From a virus, in IMG/VR virus record IMGVR_UViG_3300046692_000130, positions 1 through 64,000 of that record: a DNA stretch of 64,000 bases; one strand, given 5' to 3'. Shown one piece after another: positions 27,081 through 37,987 of the stretch. The notes beneath the pieces were generated by a model that did no database searches, was not told the DNA's origin, and worked only from the letters and a program-made list of their open reading frames with translations. The translations under genes were made by a program, and so were the position numbers. The stretch's first letter is position 1, and each line of letters opens with the position of its first letter.

Positions 27081-30000
27081 ATGGCGACGACAAAAGTCGG
27101 CACGATAAGTGTCGAACTCATCGCGAAGACAACAAGCTTCAGTGACGCGATGACGAAGGCGTCCCAGATCTCACTGAACACAAGCAGGAACGTGCAGCGG
27201 TCACTGGGTTTGATCTCAGTGGCTGCAACGGCTATGGCTGGAGGCGTCACCGCTGCCCTCACTGCAGTCATCACGAAGTCTGAAGAGTTCGTCTTCACGA
27301 TGCAGCAGATGGCTGAGAAGACCGGCACAACGGTTGAAAACTTCTCCCGGCTGGCCTACGCGGCCCGTTCTGCTGGCGTACCTGTAGATCTGCTCAAGAC
27401 GTCCATGGAGCGCCTTGCTCGTACGTCCTACGCTGCACAGAGCGGTCAGAAAGGTTCTGCCGAAGCCTTCGCTGCACTTGGCATATCGGTCAATGACCTC
27501 AAGGGGCCACTCAACGATTCATCGGCCCTGATGATCGAAGTTGCAAAGCGGCTCGATAAGTACAAAGACTCGACTAACAAAACAGGTCTGGAACAGAAAC
27601 TCTTCAGCCGTTCGGGCGCTGAACTCGCTCCCATTCTTCGGCTCACAGGCAACAATTTCGAAGAGCTTTCCAGACAGGCTGAGAAGTACGGCGTAGTCAT
27701 CAGTGGTGAGGCTGCAGAGAAGTCCCGCCAGCTTCATCAGAACATCGTTCAGCTACAGTCAGCCATACAGGGCATGGGAGTGAAGATTCTCACAAGCGCT
27801 TCCCCAGCGCTCTCTGAGCTTGCCCAGAAGTTCCTCGCGTTCGCAACTAGCGCAAAGGGGCAGGATGCAATCGCGCGGTTCGGTGATGTAGTAGCCAAGG
27901 GCGTCACGCTGGCAGGTAAGGCGTTCGACTTCCTCGTGCAACATGCCACAGCAGTAAAGCTCATTCTCGAAGCAATCGCAATCAGCAAGGTCACTGGCTT
28001 CATGCTCAGTGTCGCGACAAACAACGGCAAGGCTGGCGCGTCATTCGCCAATCTAGCAACGGGTGCTGGGCGGTTCCTCGCGAACATGACCGGCTTTGGT
28101 GACATAGAGCGCTCGGTCAAGAGCCTCACTCCTGTCGTATCGGGACTAGCGTCCTCCTTCGGTGGAGTACTCACGACCGGCATGCGTAACTTCGCAGCGT
28201 CGTCTGCAGCGGGTAAAGCAAGCGTTGCTGAGTTCCTAGCATCGATTCCTACGCTGGCTGCTTCGGCGGTCGCTGCGATCAAAGGAATCTCGTTCAATGG
28301 CATCTCGTTCACCGCTCTAACGCAGTCGCTGCAAGGCATGGTCTCTTCAGGACTCATCGCCGCTAAGACCGGACTACAGACACTGAAGTTCGCCATTCTC
28401 GATTCTGCTGTAGCTGCTGACGTCTTCGTCAAGGCTAACGGCGGTATCAAGAACGTCATGATGGATCTGGTCAGTGTTGGTCAGGTTCTTGTGAATCAGG
28501 GGCTGGACAAGATCAGAGTCGCTTTCGTTGCGATTCAGAATCTGAACGTCACTGGACTGTTTACTGGTTTCGGCGCAGCGATCAGTCAGTTCGCAACAAC
28601 TGCCGTAGCCTCAATCGGAGGTGTCACTGCTGCACTGTGGGACTTGACAGTGGCTGCTGTAGTGAATCCGTTGACGTGGCTCGTCGTAGGCGCTGCCGCC
28701 CTCGCTGCTGCAACGGTTGCGATGTACAGGTTCCGCGACTCTGCGATCACGGTAAATGGCGAAGGCTTCCTGCTTCGCGATACGTGGCAAGGCGCATGGA
28801 TCGGAATCAAATCTGGACTCGATTCACTGTGGGAGAGGTTCAAAGGCTTCTGCAGCACGGTAAAGAGTCTGTGGGGCGACGTCATTGGCTGGTTCAGCAA
28901 GACGGCGTTCGGCTCGATCATCCTTGAGCAGATCAGCAAAGCGGTCGAAGGCGTCAAGTCTTTGATTCGGTCGCTGGCTTCTTACCTACATGTACCGGCA
29001 TGGCTCCTCAAAGGCATGGAGGAATCCAAGCGCCAGCGTGAGCAGTCAGAGAAGCAGAAGAGCGCCCCAGCATCAACAGGGGCAGGATCTACTGACAAGC
29101 CAGTCGCACCGCCACTCCCCGGCCCACCCGCTAAGGTGGATGAATTGATGAAGCGTCTCAAAGAGCTTCAAGATTCGGCCATAGAGGCGAAGAAGGCGCT
29201 CAACGACGTCGGCAACGGCCCAGACTACCTAAGGGCAGACAAGATCGATAAGGACGTCATCAAGTTCCTCGATCAGTACGCTGACAAGATCAAGCTTCTG
29301 AGCAAAGCACAACAGGATAAGCTACGCGCCGATGTTCGCGCTGCTGTGACCCTGCAGGTGAACTCGGATGCTGAACGTGAACTTGATCAGCAGATCATCG
29401 ACGGCACACGGTCTATTGAAGAGCAGACCAATGCAACGCTGCTCCGCAACGACGCAATCCGCGCCGGTACGAAGGCGATGCATGACGCTGTTGTTCAGTC
29501 TCAGTTGAATACATTCCTCTCAGGCAAGAGTGATGAGTGGAAGCGTGGCCATCCTCAAGAGATCGAGAAGTATCGCTCTGCGATTGACAAGAGTACCTCT
29601 GTCAACGAAGACGCAAAGATCACGCAGGACATTGCAAGTCTGCAGGATGAAGTCAACACACAGGACATGCTGAACAAGGCAATCCTGAGAGGCTCTGATG
29701 CGCGCCAACAGGCATCGCTTCAGATCCAGATTCAGCAGATGAGGCTGGAGAAGTTCAATGGTGATCAGTCGACCAACAACGACGGGATCAACAAGCAAAT
29801 CGATCTGCTCACACGGCTCGACGAGTTGAAGCAGCGCTCTGCTGCACTCGACAAAGCTGCAAGCATGAATCCTCAGATCGCCTACTTGGAAGCAATCAAG
29901 CGCACGAGTGAAGCTGCACAGGCGGCTCGTGGAGAGGGACAGCCTCTGGACGACCGTGCAGTCATGGCGGCGAACAAGGAAGCTCTTGATCAGTACTACG

Positions 30001-30833
30001 ACTCCGTCAACAAGACCAATCTCGCGGTTGGTAATGGTCTCGACGGTATTCGTACCTACTTCCAAGAGATGGCCCGAGGCGCTGAGTCGGCTGCACAGCA
30101 GATTCACGACGTACTTGGTGGAGCGTTCGAATCATTGAACGATACCGTCCTGAAGGTCATGAATGGGCAGAAGGCAAGCTGGTCGAGCTTCTTCCATGGC
30201 ATCGGCGATTCGCTCGTGAAGATCAGCCTCCAGAAGACTGAGCAGGGTATCGCAAATGTCATTCTGGGCGCGGCGGGACAGGGTCAGAAAGGCCCGGGCG
30301 GCTCACCTATAAAGGGTGGCGTCGGTGGCATTCTCGGCGGGATCCTCGGCGGTGGTAAAGCGCCGGTCGGTACCTCTGGCGATCCACTGCACGTAAAGGT
30401 CGTCGGTATGGCTGGATCTGGTATGCCGAGTCTGGGTGGTCTGTCACTTCCGAAGGTTACAAGCTCGGGCGACGACAACGGGGGCGGGGGTTGGTTCTCC
30501 AAGTTCCTCGGCTTCGGTAGTCACATGGCTTCATCGTTCGCTGGCCACTTGGCTGGCGGCGGCGACGTCAAGGCTGGCTACATGTACGACGTCGGCGAGA
30601 TGGGACGTGAACGATTCGTTCCAACACAGAACGGAAGGATAGTCCCGAACAACAAGCTCGGCGGCGACTCGCACACGTACCACATCGACGCATCTGGTAG
30701 CAGCAACCCTGCAGCCACAGAGGCGGCGGTTCATCGCGCTATGCAGAAGGCTTTGCCACACTCAGTCGCTGCAAGTGTGCAGACACAACATCAACAGAAA
30801 CTCAGATCACCTGCAGGAGCACGGAGAGGCTAA
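27081..30833 (+). CDS. Tail tape measure protein
   Basis: 1250 aa, Ala-rich helical; C-terminal AGGGDV..Y.VGE.G.E.FVP. Confidence 0.95.
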   Translation: MATTKVGTISVELIAKTTSFSDAMTKASQISLNTSRNVQRSLGLISVAATAMAGGVTAALTAVITKSEEFVFTMQQMAEKTGTTVENFSRLAYAARSAGVPVDLLKTSMERLARTSYAAQSGQKGSAEAFAALGISVNDLKGPLNDSSALMIEVAKRLDKYKDSTNKTGLEQKLFSRSGAELAPILRLTGNNFEELSRQAEKYGVVISGEAAEKSRQLHQNIVQLQSAIQGMGVKILTSASPALSELAQKFLAFATSAKGQDAIARFGDVVAKGVTLAGKAFDFLVQHATAVKLILEAIAISKVTGFMLSVATNNGKAGASFANLATGAGRFLANMTGFGDIERSVKSLTPVVSGLASSFGGVLTTGMRNFAASSAAGKASVAEFLASIPTLAASAVAAIKGISFNGISFTALTQSLQGMVSSGLIAAKTGLQTLKFAILDSAVAADVFVKANGGIKNVMMDLVSVGQVLVNQGLDKIRVAFVAIQNLNVTGLFTGFGAAISQFATTAVASIGGVTAALWDLTVAAVVNPLTWLVVGAAALAAATVAMYRFRDSAITVNGEGFLLRDTWQGAWIGIKSGLDSLWERFKGFCSTVKSLWGDVIGWFSKTAFGSIILEQISKAVEGVKSLIRSLASYLHVPAWLLKGMEESKRQREQSEKQKSAPASTGAGSTDKPVAPPLPGPPAKVDELMKRLKELQDSAIEAKKALNDVGNGPDYLRADKIDKDVIKFLDQYADKIKLLSKAQQDKLRADVRAAVTLQVNSDAERELDQQIIDGTRSIEEQTNATLLRNDAIRAGTKAMHDAVVQSQLNTFLSGKSDEWKRGHPQEIEKYRSAIDKSTSVNEDAKITQDIASLQDEVNTQDMLNKAILRGSDARQQASLQIQIQQMRLEKFNGDQSTNNDGINKQIDLLTRLDELKQRSAALDKAASMNPQIAYLEAIKRTSEAAQAARGEGQPLDDRAVMAANKEALDQYYDSVNKTNLAVGNGLDGIRTYFQEMARGAESAAQQIHDVLGGAFESLNDTVLKVMNGQKASWSSFFHGIGDSLVKISLQKTEQGIANVILGAAGQGQKGPGGSPIKGGVGGILGGILGGGKAPVGTSGDPLHVKVVGMAGSGMPSLGGLSLPKVTSSGDDNGGGGWFSKFLGFGSHMASSFAGHLAGGGDVKAGYMYDVGEMGRERFVPTQNGRIVPNNKLGGDSHTYHIDASGSSNPAATEAAVHRAMQKALPHSVAASVQTQHQQKLRSPAGARRG

Positions 30834-31459
30834 TGGCAATAGTTGGACAGTTCAACGGCAACAAGATCATCTCCGTGCCGTCCTCGCCGGGATTCAGAAG
30901 CATAGATTGGAACGCCACCGACATCGTCGGCGTAGGCACCAATACCTTCACCGGGCAACAGCAGGTTCAGTCGTGGCAGTCTGGCTTTCTTTCAGGGACT
31001 GTCACGCTACCTGCTATGACACGGCAACAGGCGCGCACTTGGATCAGCTTCTTGCTGCAAGCCCAAGGCTCGTACAACGTCTTCCAGATCGGCGACAAGT
31101 TCTGCGTCAACCCTCTGGGCAGCGCGCTAGGCAGTCCCGTCACACTCGGCTTCGGCCAGTCTGGCTACACGCTGAACACGAACGGCTGGGATGCATCGGC
31201 ACAGGGTGTGTTGCTGGCTGGCGACTACGTCCAGTTGGGCTACCGGCTGTACCGCTGTCTCGACGACGTCAATGCAGACGGCACCGGCAACGCAAGCTTC
31301 TCGATCTGGCCACAGATAAGAGAGACGGTACCAAGTGGTACTCCTCTGATCACCACAAACACAAAAGGACTCTTCCGGTTGGCGTCGAACCAGCGCTCGT
31401 GGAATGAGTCGTACATCCGCACCGTTGGACTCAGCTTCCACATCATTGAGGCGCTATAG
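30833..31459 (+). CDS. Distal tail protein
   Basis: Follows tape measure; FTGQQQVQSW, AGDYVQLG..LY. Confidence 0.75.
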   Translation: MAIVGQFNGNKIISVPSSPGFRSIDWNATDIVGVGTNTFTGQQQVQSWQSGFLSGTVTLPAMTRQQARTWISFLLQAQGSYNVFQIGDKFCVNPLGSALGSPVTLGFGQSGYTLNTNGWDASAQGVLLAGDYVQLGYRLYRCLDDVNADGTGNASFSIWPQIRETVPSGTPLITTNTKGLFRLASNQRSWNESYIRTVGLSFHIIEAL

Positions 31460-32044
31460 ATGCCACGTAAAGCAAGTGACGCATATGTAGCAGCCCTCGC
31501 TGCACCTACGATGCTTCCGGTTCTATTCGTGGAATGCAACTTCGTCTCTGGCCCAGTGAACATCTGGACGGGCTTAGGGCAGACCACATGGAATGGCAAG
31601 ACGTGGATCGGCATGGGTTCGCTGCTCTCGATCTCAACTATTGAAGAGGGCGCTGACGTACAGGCGCGAGGAATTTCCCTCACGCTCTCGGGTATTGACC
31701 TTGAACTACTTCAAGACACTTTGAACGAGTTTCAGGTTGGCTTGCCGGTAACGATCTGGCTGGGCCTGAGAGATCCTCAAACGAACAACCTCATCCCTGA
31801 CCCAGTGGTCAGCTTCTTGGGGCGCACCGACGAACCAACTATAGACATCGACGGGAAGAAAGCATCGATCACAGTCGCATGCGAGTCCCGGCTGATGGAT
31901 ATGAACACCCCAGTTCCCTATCGCTACACGCAGGTGGATCAGCAATTGTTCTACCCCGGCGATCAAGGTTTCATGTGGGTCAACAGCATCCAGAGCATCC
32001 CCATCTACTGGGGGCAGACGAACACTACAGACGGTAACCCGTAA
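31460..32044 (+). CDS. Minor tail / baseplate protein
   Basis: W.G.G.L..IS.IEE, LSGI, DQQ..YPGD.GF. Confidence 0.8.
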   Translation: MPRKASDAYVAALAAPTMLPVLFVECNFVSGPVNIWTGLGQTTWNGKTWIGMGSLLSISTIEEGADVQARGISLTLSGIDLELLQDTLNEFQVGLPVTIWLGLRDPQTNNLIPDPVVSFLGRTDEPTIDIDGKKASITVACESRLMDMNTPVPYRYTQVDQQLFYPGDQGFMWVNSIQSIPIYWGQTNTTDGNP

Positions 32045-32562
32045 TGAGACATTCCGACTGGGTTTCTGCGCTGGACGCTTACTTCACAACCCACAAGGAT
32101 GCACCTTTCAGCTACGACCAGTCGAAGGGTCTCGATTGTTGCACATTCGCATTTGGCGCAATCGAGGCCCAGACCGGTATCGACATCGGGAAGGCATTCA
32201 GGGGCAACTACAACACTCGCAAAGAATCACTCAGAGTCATACACGCTTACAGCGGCAAAGCATCGCTGGAGAGTGGGGTGGAAGCGCTCATGAACGAGCA
32301 TCGCTTCCCTGAGATCCCACTACTAAGAGCACAGCGCGGCGATGCCGTGCTTATTCGCAAAGGGCAAAGATATTCGTCTCTCGGGATCGTCGCATTGAAC
32401 GGACGAGAGATTCTCACTATTTCAAACAAAGGAATTTGGCGACTTCCGCTCACTAGCGGATTTCGTGCGTGGAGTCTATGTCAAAAACAGCAGCAGAGAT
32501 CGGAATCGGCGCAGCCATGGTTGGCGCTGCCTTCTTCACAGGTGGTCTCTCACTCTCCCTGA
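32044..32562 (+). CDS. NlpC/P60-like tail tip protein (DUF6950-like)
   Basis: PFSY..DCC.F, AQRGD; 3' end overlaps the next gene by ~85 nt. Confidence 0.75.
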   Translation: MRHSDWVSALDAYFTTHKDAPFSYDQSKGLDCCTFAFGAIEAQTGIDIGKAFRGNYNTRKESLRVIHAYSGKASLESGVEALMNEHRFPEIPLLRAQRGDAVLIRKGQRYSSLGIVALNGREILTISNKGIWRLPLTSGFRAWSLCQKQQQRSESAQPWLALPSSQVVSHSP

Positions 32563-35500
32563 CGGCCTTCGGTTCAGCATTCTCGCTGTCCGGTACTGCC
32601 ATCACATCATTCCTCGCTACAACCGGCGCTGGCTTCGTTATGTCAGGCGTTGGAACTCTTCTCGGTCAACGAGCGACTGGTGTACAGACGACGTCGCGCA
32701 ACCCTCTCCATCCGTGGCAGGTAATTTACGGACGGACTAAGGTCGGCGGCAACATTGTCTATCTGGAGGAAGTAGGTTCGAACAACCGCATTCTCCTTCT
32801 CGTCATCGCGTTGGCATGTCATCCCTGTCAGGAAATCGAGCAGGTTTGGCTCAACAACAAAAAGCTCCAGATGCGGCTCAATACGAGCTTCAACGATTCA
32901 TCCAATCCCAACGGGTTCATGAATAGCTTCAACCCGCCTCAAGGTATCTGGAACATACAGACCATCAGCCGAGTCAACGACGTCGTTACAGTGACGTTCG
33001 CGCAGAATCCGAACTCACTCTATACCGGCTTCAACGGCGAGACGCTATGGATTCGCAACACAATCGACAACGTCGGTGGCAACTCCTTCAACGGCTACTG
33101 GCCCGTGCAACAGACCGGCCCGAACTCTTTCACATTCACAGCAGGTGGCCCTCAAGGCGCTGGCCGTTCCTTCACAGGGACAATCAAGAGCACATGGCCT
33201 GTCTATAACAACAACGTCACCACTGGCTTCTACCTCGGCAATCAGACACAAGCGTCTGGCATCGTTCTCGGCAACACCGCTGGGTACTGGACGAATGATT
33301 GTCTGCTCAGTGGCAGAACGTACGTGACGATGAAGCTAGAGTATGACTCGTCACTCTTCAACGGCATGCCTGAGATCAGCTTCGTGGTCAAGGGTAAGAA
33401 CGACATCTACGATCCACGCACCGGCACGACGGGCTATTCGAACAACCCAGCGCTTTGCATTGCTGACTACCTAGCGCATCCAGTGTTTGGCTTCGGCGCG
33501 CACTACGGTGCCGAGATCCCGATTGACGAACTCATCGCTGCAGCTAACGTCTGCGACGAACAGGTTCCGCTGGCTCTGGGAGGCACTGAGAACCGCTACT
33601 CCTGCGATGGGTACTTCGATGTGAGCGTACCGCGTGGAGACGTCCTGCAGAACCTCCTGACGTCGTGTGGTGGTCGCCTGACATACAACGGTGGTCAGTT
33701 CGTCATTCAACCTGCTGGCTGGTATCCCCCGGCCAACCTGATTGACATAGCTGACGGCGACTCTGGGCAGAAGATGCTTGTCTCTGATCAAGGCTTGGTC
33801 GTTCACCCATTCAACAATCCCCCGGCTCCGCAGTTCGTTCCTGACAGTAGCGGAACGGTCAAGGATCAGATGACGTTCATCATCGGCATGCTCAATGCCT
33901 ATGTAGCGACACAGAGCACCGTGGCGCTGTCCATGGCAAAGCTCTGCCTCGACGCCATCTTCCATACGATCTACCGCGACATGGTTCTGCCAGACATCGT
34001 CGACGACACGCACATCTGGCCACCCCACTGGCTCTACAACGTCAAGCAGCCCATGCTGGACGCGAATGGCGACATCCTCCAAGTTGGGCAGAACATGGAC
34101 AACGTCCCTGCGTTGCGCGGCCTGTCTCCTTCAAGTGGCGAGATCGACGCGACCGGCGACTCCTTCAACTGGTGCATGAGAGCCTACCTTCTGGCGGCTC
34201 AGGTACTGGACGGAGTATCACCTGTCTCTGATATCCATCACGGATACGGCGACGACTACGGCTTCGACTACGGCAACCCGGTACGGTTCGACCAGACAAC
34301 ACTCAGCTTCTGGCAGCACATGGCTCTTGCAACTATGCAGGAAGCTCGGTATGCCTACAACATCAGCAACCAACGTCAGTGGATCCGTCGATCGATCAAC
34401 AAAAATCCTTTCGCAATCACTGGCTCCTCTGCAACGTCAAACCTTGCTGTCGCTCCTGCAGTATCGTGCGATAGCTCGGGCAACATCGTGATCACGTTCG
34501 TCAATCAGGTGATTACCAATGCGAATACTCGCTACAGTGTCACCGGCATCAACGACGCGTTCAACACTGGCGACTACACCATCTTCTCCTTCATAGGCAA
34601 CACGAAGGGCGACTCGTTCCAGATCCAATTGATCCTGAACGACGGCAGCACGGACTGGGTATTCACCACGACGGCACAGAGCGACAACGACTACAACCTG
34701 CGCTTGAACAACACGGACTTCCTGAACGGTTCAGGGGAGCAGATGCCGTATGGCACACCTGTACACACTGCTACCGTGAATATCCCTGAGTCTCTTGGTG
34801 GTAACGAGAGCATCGTAATCAAGGGCGTTCGCCAGTATCCGAACAAGTCTGTACCTTATGGCAACGGTGGGGCAATCCCCTACACGGCGACATACCAAGG
34901 CCCACTCCGCGAAGGTTCACGCCTCGGATGGGAAGGGCCAGTCTACATCGGCTACCAGAGTCCATGGGCAATCAAGCAGCTTGGCGACGAGAACAACGTA
35001 GCAACGAACGTCCAGCTTCTGTATGACGCCCAGATGGCATGGGGCAGTACAACCCTCGCCATTCTCCAGCCAGATGTCATTCGCTTCGTGATCTCTGGAG
35101 CAAACCCCCAGACGATCAACGCACCCATCACCATTGATCGCAGTGGTAATGGTTCAGCGCAGATCACCCTCGACGGTCTCAACGAAGGTACTGATTCGAT
35201 CCAAGCGTTTCTGGATTCGAAGAGCCTGAGTTCGAACATCGCAAGGTATGCGTGGAATCCATTGTCTGGAGGCATCGGCCTCACGACCGTGAACTCAACC
35301 ACCATGGTTGCAGACGGATCAAGCTTCTTCCACGGACTGAGCGCAGTGATTGGGCAGCAGACCTTCAACAGTCTGATGTTCAACTCACACGAGCTTCCAT
35401 TCGACTGGGGAGATCCACATGAGTCCCAGAACGTCGCTGACCCGATTCAGAACAATCCTCAGACTCCTGATGGTCTTTACGCTGGGGATATCCCGGTGCA

Positions 35501-37265
35501 AGGCTCGGGCGGTAGTCGCTCCATCAACATGGTCTTTACTGGTCAGTTCGTTGTCACGAGCGCTGGCCCAGTCAACTTCCAAGCCATTCTGAACGCATCG
35601 TTTGTCATCGGTGTTCGTGGTGCTTCATACGTGAGCGGCCCTCAGCACTTTGGCCCAATCACAACCACGCCAATGACTGGCATCCAGAGCTTGGCTGGCT
35701 TCAACGAACCGGGCTACTGGCCGGGTGGTAATCAGGCGCACGAGTTCTTCACCCTGAACTTCCCTGCGCCGGGAGTCTACGACTACGAGATCTGCTTCAC
35801 GGCTGGCAACTTCCACGAGAAGATGTTCTGCCTCATTGCAAATAACGCGATGATCAAGCAGGTACAGGCTCCTACAACAGCTACCGGTGACAATCCAACT
35901 GGGCAGCTTGCTCTCGCACCTGTGAGCGGCGGCGGCTTTGTTGGTGGATCTCAGGACTACACGCTGACGGTTACTGGTGTCTCGGTACCGCCCGACTCCG
36001 ATACACACGGCACAGGGCCACTCGCTCCGGTCTTCTACTTCGACCAGCAAGACGTATCGCAGTTCGGCACAGTCAACACCTTCGGCTTCATTGGGGTGGA
36101 CGACGCGTCGTGGGTCGGATACCAGTTGCGACCTCTCGTCGAGTTGACGTCACTGATGCGCGCATGCACCGGCTCAGAGAGCTACTACACACAGGCGTCA
36201 ACCGTCGTGAATAAGTTGCTGTCTTGGTTCGATACGAACTGGACTGACACATACGGTGGGCCTCCGACACGCTTCACACAGACCGGCGCATCGAGGGACT
36301 ACACCGATCCTCACGCTGTCGGATTACTGATGAGGGCAGTGCTCGACATGGACATGCTTCATCGTCCTAGCGGCAACGCCAGTGGCACCATGGACGCAAC
36401 TCTGCAGTCACTCTTCAACAAGTCAATGCTGTTCTTCAATCACTGGTTCCTTCAAGACGGGCCAATGAAGGGAACATTCTGCACGAACCCGACCGGCGCA
36501 CAAGACTGGTTTGGCTTCTGGCATGGTGAACTGCTAACGACTTGCTCTCAGTTGTACAAGTGGGCGATCAACGCCAACATCAATGACCTCACGACTGCAT
36601 CCGAGGCATTGGCGTTCGTTTATGGATTGATCGACTTCGCAGTGGGCAACACGGCACACGTCGACCCAGATCTTGGCTACACAGTCACCGATCTGCGCGG
36701 CGGTATCAAGTGGAAGCCGAAGCTGCCGAAGCACAATCTGTACAACGGCGTGAAAGGCACATACGTCAGTGAAGCGAATCAGTGGCAGCAAAGTGACTTC
36801 CCGACGTACTGTCAGGACGCGCTACACGGCTACAGCAATGGCTCACCGGCTTATGACTATGACGCCAACTGGGAAGCAGACAAGCAGCGCTTGTTCAAGG
36901 ATGTCCAGTTACCATTCACGACCTCTGTGAGCACGGCACAGCGCCTCGCGAAGATCGAACTCCTGCGAGTACGACAGCAGGGACGCGGTGTTCTGCAGGG
37001 CATGATGTCGATGTACAAGTCGACGCCTCTGGACGTGGTCATGGTCTCGTTCGCGCCATTCAATTGGCAGAACAAGATCGTTGAGATCGCGAACACGCGC
37101 TTGGTGCAGGAACGGTCAGACGATGGTGACGCAGTCTTTCTCGGAACAGAAGTAGATATCGCGGAGACATCCAAGAAGGTCTACGACTGGGACACGAAGG
37201 AAGAGCTTTCAAGCCAAGGCTACTCATACCTCCCGAATCAACTCAACACATCACCCGATGCATAA
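32478..37265 (+). CDS. Tail tip/hub protein (J-like) with large inserted domains
   Basis: VIYGRTKVGG, KGKNDIYDPR..YSNNPALC..DYL, AANVCDE, NGVKGTY, LPFT..AQRLAKI. Confidence 0.9.
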   Translation: MSKTAAEIGIGAAMVGAAFFTGGLSLSLTAFGSAFSLSGTAITSFLATTGAGFVMSGVGTLLGQRATGVQTTSRNPLHPWQVIYGRTKVGGNIVYLEEVGSNNRILLLVIALACHPCQEIEQVWLNNKKLQMRLNTSFNDSSNPNGFMNSFNPPQGIWNIQTISRVNDVVTVTFAQNPNSLYTGFNGETLWIRNTIDNVGGNSFNGYWPVQQTGPNSFTFTAGGPQGAGRSFTGTIKSTWPVYNNNVTTGFYLGNQTQASGIVLGNTAGYWTNDCLLSGRTYVTMKLEYDSSLFNGMPEISFVVKGKNDIYDPRTGTTGYSNNPALCIADYLAHPVFGFGAHYGAEIPIDELIAAANVCDEQVPLALGGTENRYSCDGYFDVSVPRGDVLQNLLTSCGGRLTYNGGQFVIQPAGWYPPANLIDIADGDSGQKMLVSDQGLVVHPFNNPPAPQFVPDSSGTVKDQMTFIIGMLNAYVATQSTVALSMAKLCLDAIFHTIYRDMVLPDIVDDTHIWPPHWLYNVKQPMLDANGDILQVGQNMDNVPALRGLSPSSGEIDATGDSFNWCMRAYLLAAQVLDGVSPVSDIHHGYGDDYGFDYGNPVRFDQTTLSFWQHMALATMQEARYAYNISNQRQWIRRSINKNPFAITGSSATSNLAVAPAVSCDSSGNIVITFVNQVITNANTRYSVTGINDAFNTGDYTIFSFIGNTKGDSFQIQLILNDGSTDWVFTTTAQSDNDYNLRLNNTDFLNGSGEQMPYGTPVHTATVNIPESLGGNESIVIKGVRQYPNKSVPYGNGGAIPYTATYQGPLREGSRLGWEGPVYIGYQSPWAIKQLGDENNVATNVQLLYDAQMAWGSTTLAILQPDVIRFVISGANPQTINAPITIDRSGNGSAQITLDGLNEGTDSIQAFLDSKSLSSNIARYAWNPLSGGIGLTTVNSTTMVADGSSFFHGLSAVIGQQTFNSLMFNSHELPFDWGDPHESQNVADPIQNNPQTPDGLYAGDIPVQGSGGSRSINMVFTGQFVVTSAGPVNFQAILNASFVIGVRGASYVSGPQHFGPITTTPMTGIQSLAGFNEPGYWPGGNQAHEFFTLNFPAPGVYDYEICFTAGNFHEKMFCLIANNAMIKQVQAPTTATGDNPTGQLALAPVSGGGFVGGSQDYTLTVTGVSVPPDSDTHGTGPLAPVFYFDQQDVSQFGTVNTFGFIGVDDASWVGYQLRPLVELTSLMRACTGSESYYTQASTVVNKLLSWFDTNWTDTYGGPPTRFTQTGASRDYTDPHAVGLLMRAVLDMDMLHRPSGNASGTMDATLQSLFNKSMLFFNHWFLQDGPMKGTFCTNPTGAQDWFGFWHGELLTTCSQLYKWAINANINDLTTASEALAFVYGLIDFAVGNTAHVDPDLGYTVTDLRGGIKWKPKLPKHNLYNGVKGTYVSEANQWQQSDFPTYCQDALHGYSNGSPAYDYDANWEADKQRLFKDVQLPFTTSVSTAQRLAKIELLRVRQQGRGVLQGMMSMYKSTPLDVVMVSFAPFNWQNKIVEIANTRLVQERSDDGDAVFLGTEVDIAETSKKVYDWDTKEELSSQGYSYLPNQLNTSPDA

Positions 37266-37308
37266 CTTGGAGGGGCGCAGCGATGCGCTCCTCGCCTTTT
37301 GAGGATTC

Positions 37309-37977
37309 ATGGCAACTTCAACTCCAAATCTTAGTCTCGTGCAACCTCCTGCGGGTACGGATGGTTGGGCTGGCTCGATGAACGATAACCTCGACAAGCT
37401 CGATCAGGCTATCCAAGCCCTGCGCGCACAAGTCGCAACCACTGTACAAGGCCCACCGGGCGCAACGGGTGCTACTGGCCCGACCGGCCTCGTTTGGATG
37501 GGGCCATGGTCATCTGTGATCTCTTACCCCAAGAACGCAGGTGTGAGCTACAACGGTGCTTCCTACATCGCGCTCGGCCCCAACAGCGCAGTACAACCAG
37601 ACATCAACCCAAACACATGGGGAGTGCTAGCAGTTGGTGGTGTAGGTGGTGGCGACACGGTCGTCCCTCCGTCCCTCAACAACTTGCCCTTTACTAGCAG
37701 CTTGACAGTGGACTTCTCTACCTTGAACGCCACGCAACGCGTCGTCGTTACAACTGACGTGAGCATCACCTTGACCGGCGCTGTAGCTGGGCAGGACTGC
37801 AAGCTCATCGTCGTCCAAGACAGCGTAGGTGGTCACCAGATCTCGGGCTGGGCATCGAACGTGCTCGGCGGTGCGCTGCTCCCATCTGGAGCCACACCCA
37901 ACACATCTGCGCTCTTCGTCTTCCACTACGACGGCACGAACTATCTCCTGTCGAACATCCCAATCGCTAATCAGTAA
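37309..37977 (+). CDS. Fibre adaptor-like protein: collagen-like GXY repeats, small beta module, C-terminal beta domain
   Basis: TPNLSL..P, N.DKLD, GPPGATGATGPTG, W.G.W....Y....VSYNG.SY. Confidence 0.75.
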   Translation: MATSTPNLSLVQPPAGTDGWAGSMNDNLDKLDQAIQALRAQVATTVQGPPGATGATGPTGLVWMGPWSSVISYPKNAGVSYNGASYIALGPNSAVQPDINPNTWGVLAVGGVGGGDTVVPPSLNNLPFTSSLTVDFSTLNATQRVVVTTDVSITLTGAVAGQDCKLIVVQDSVGGHQISGWASNVLGGALLPSGATPNTSALFVFHYDGTNYLLSNIPIANQ

Positions 37978-37987
37978 AAGGATCACA

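Noticed and set aside
37829-37987. Upstream extension of the fibre ORF that would bury the signal peptide
   Set aside because: Overlaps the preceding gene in another frame; the RBS supports ATG 37988
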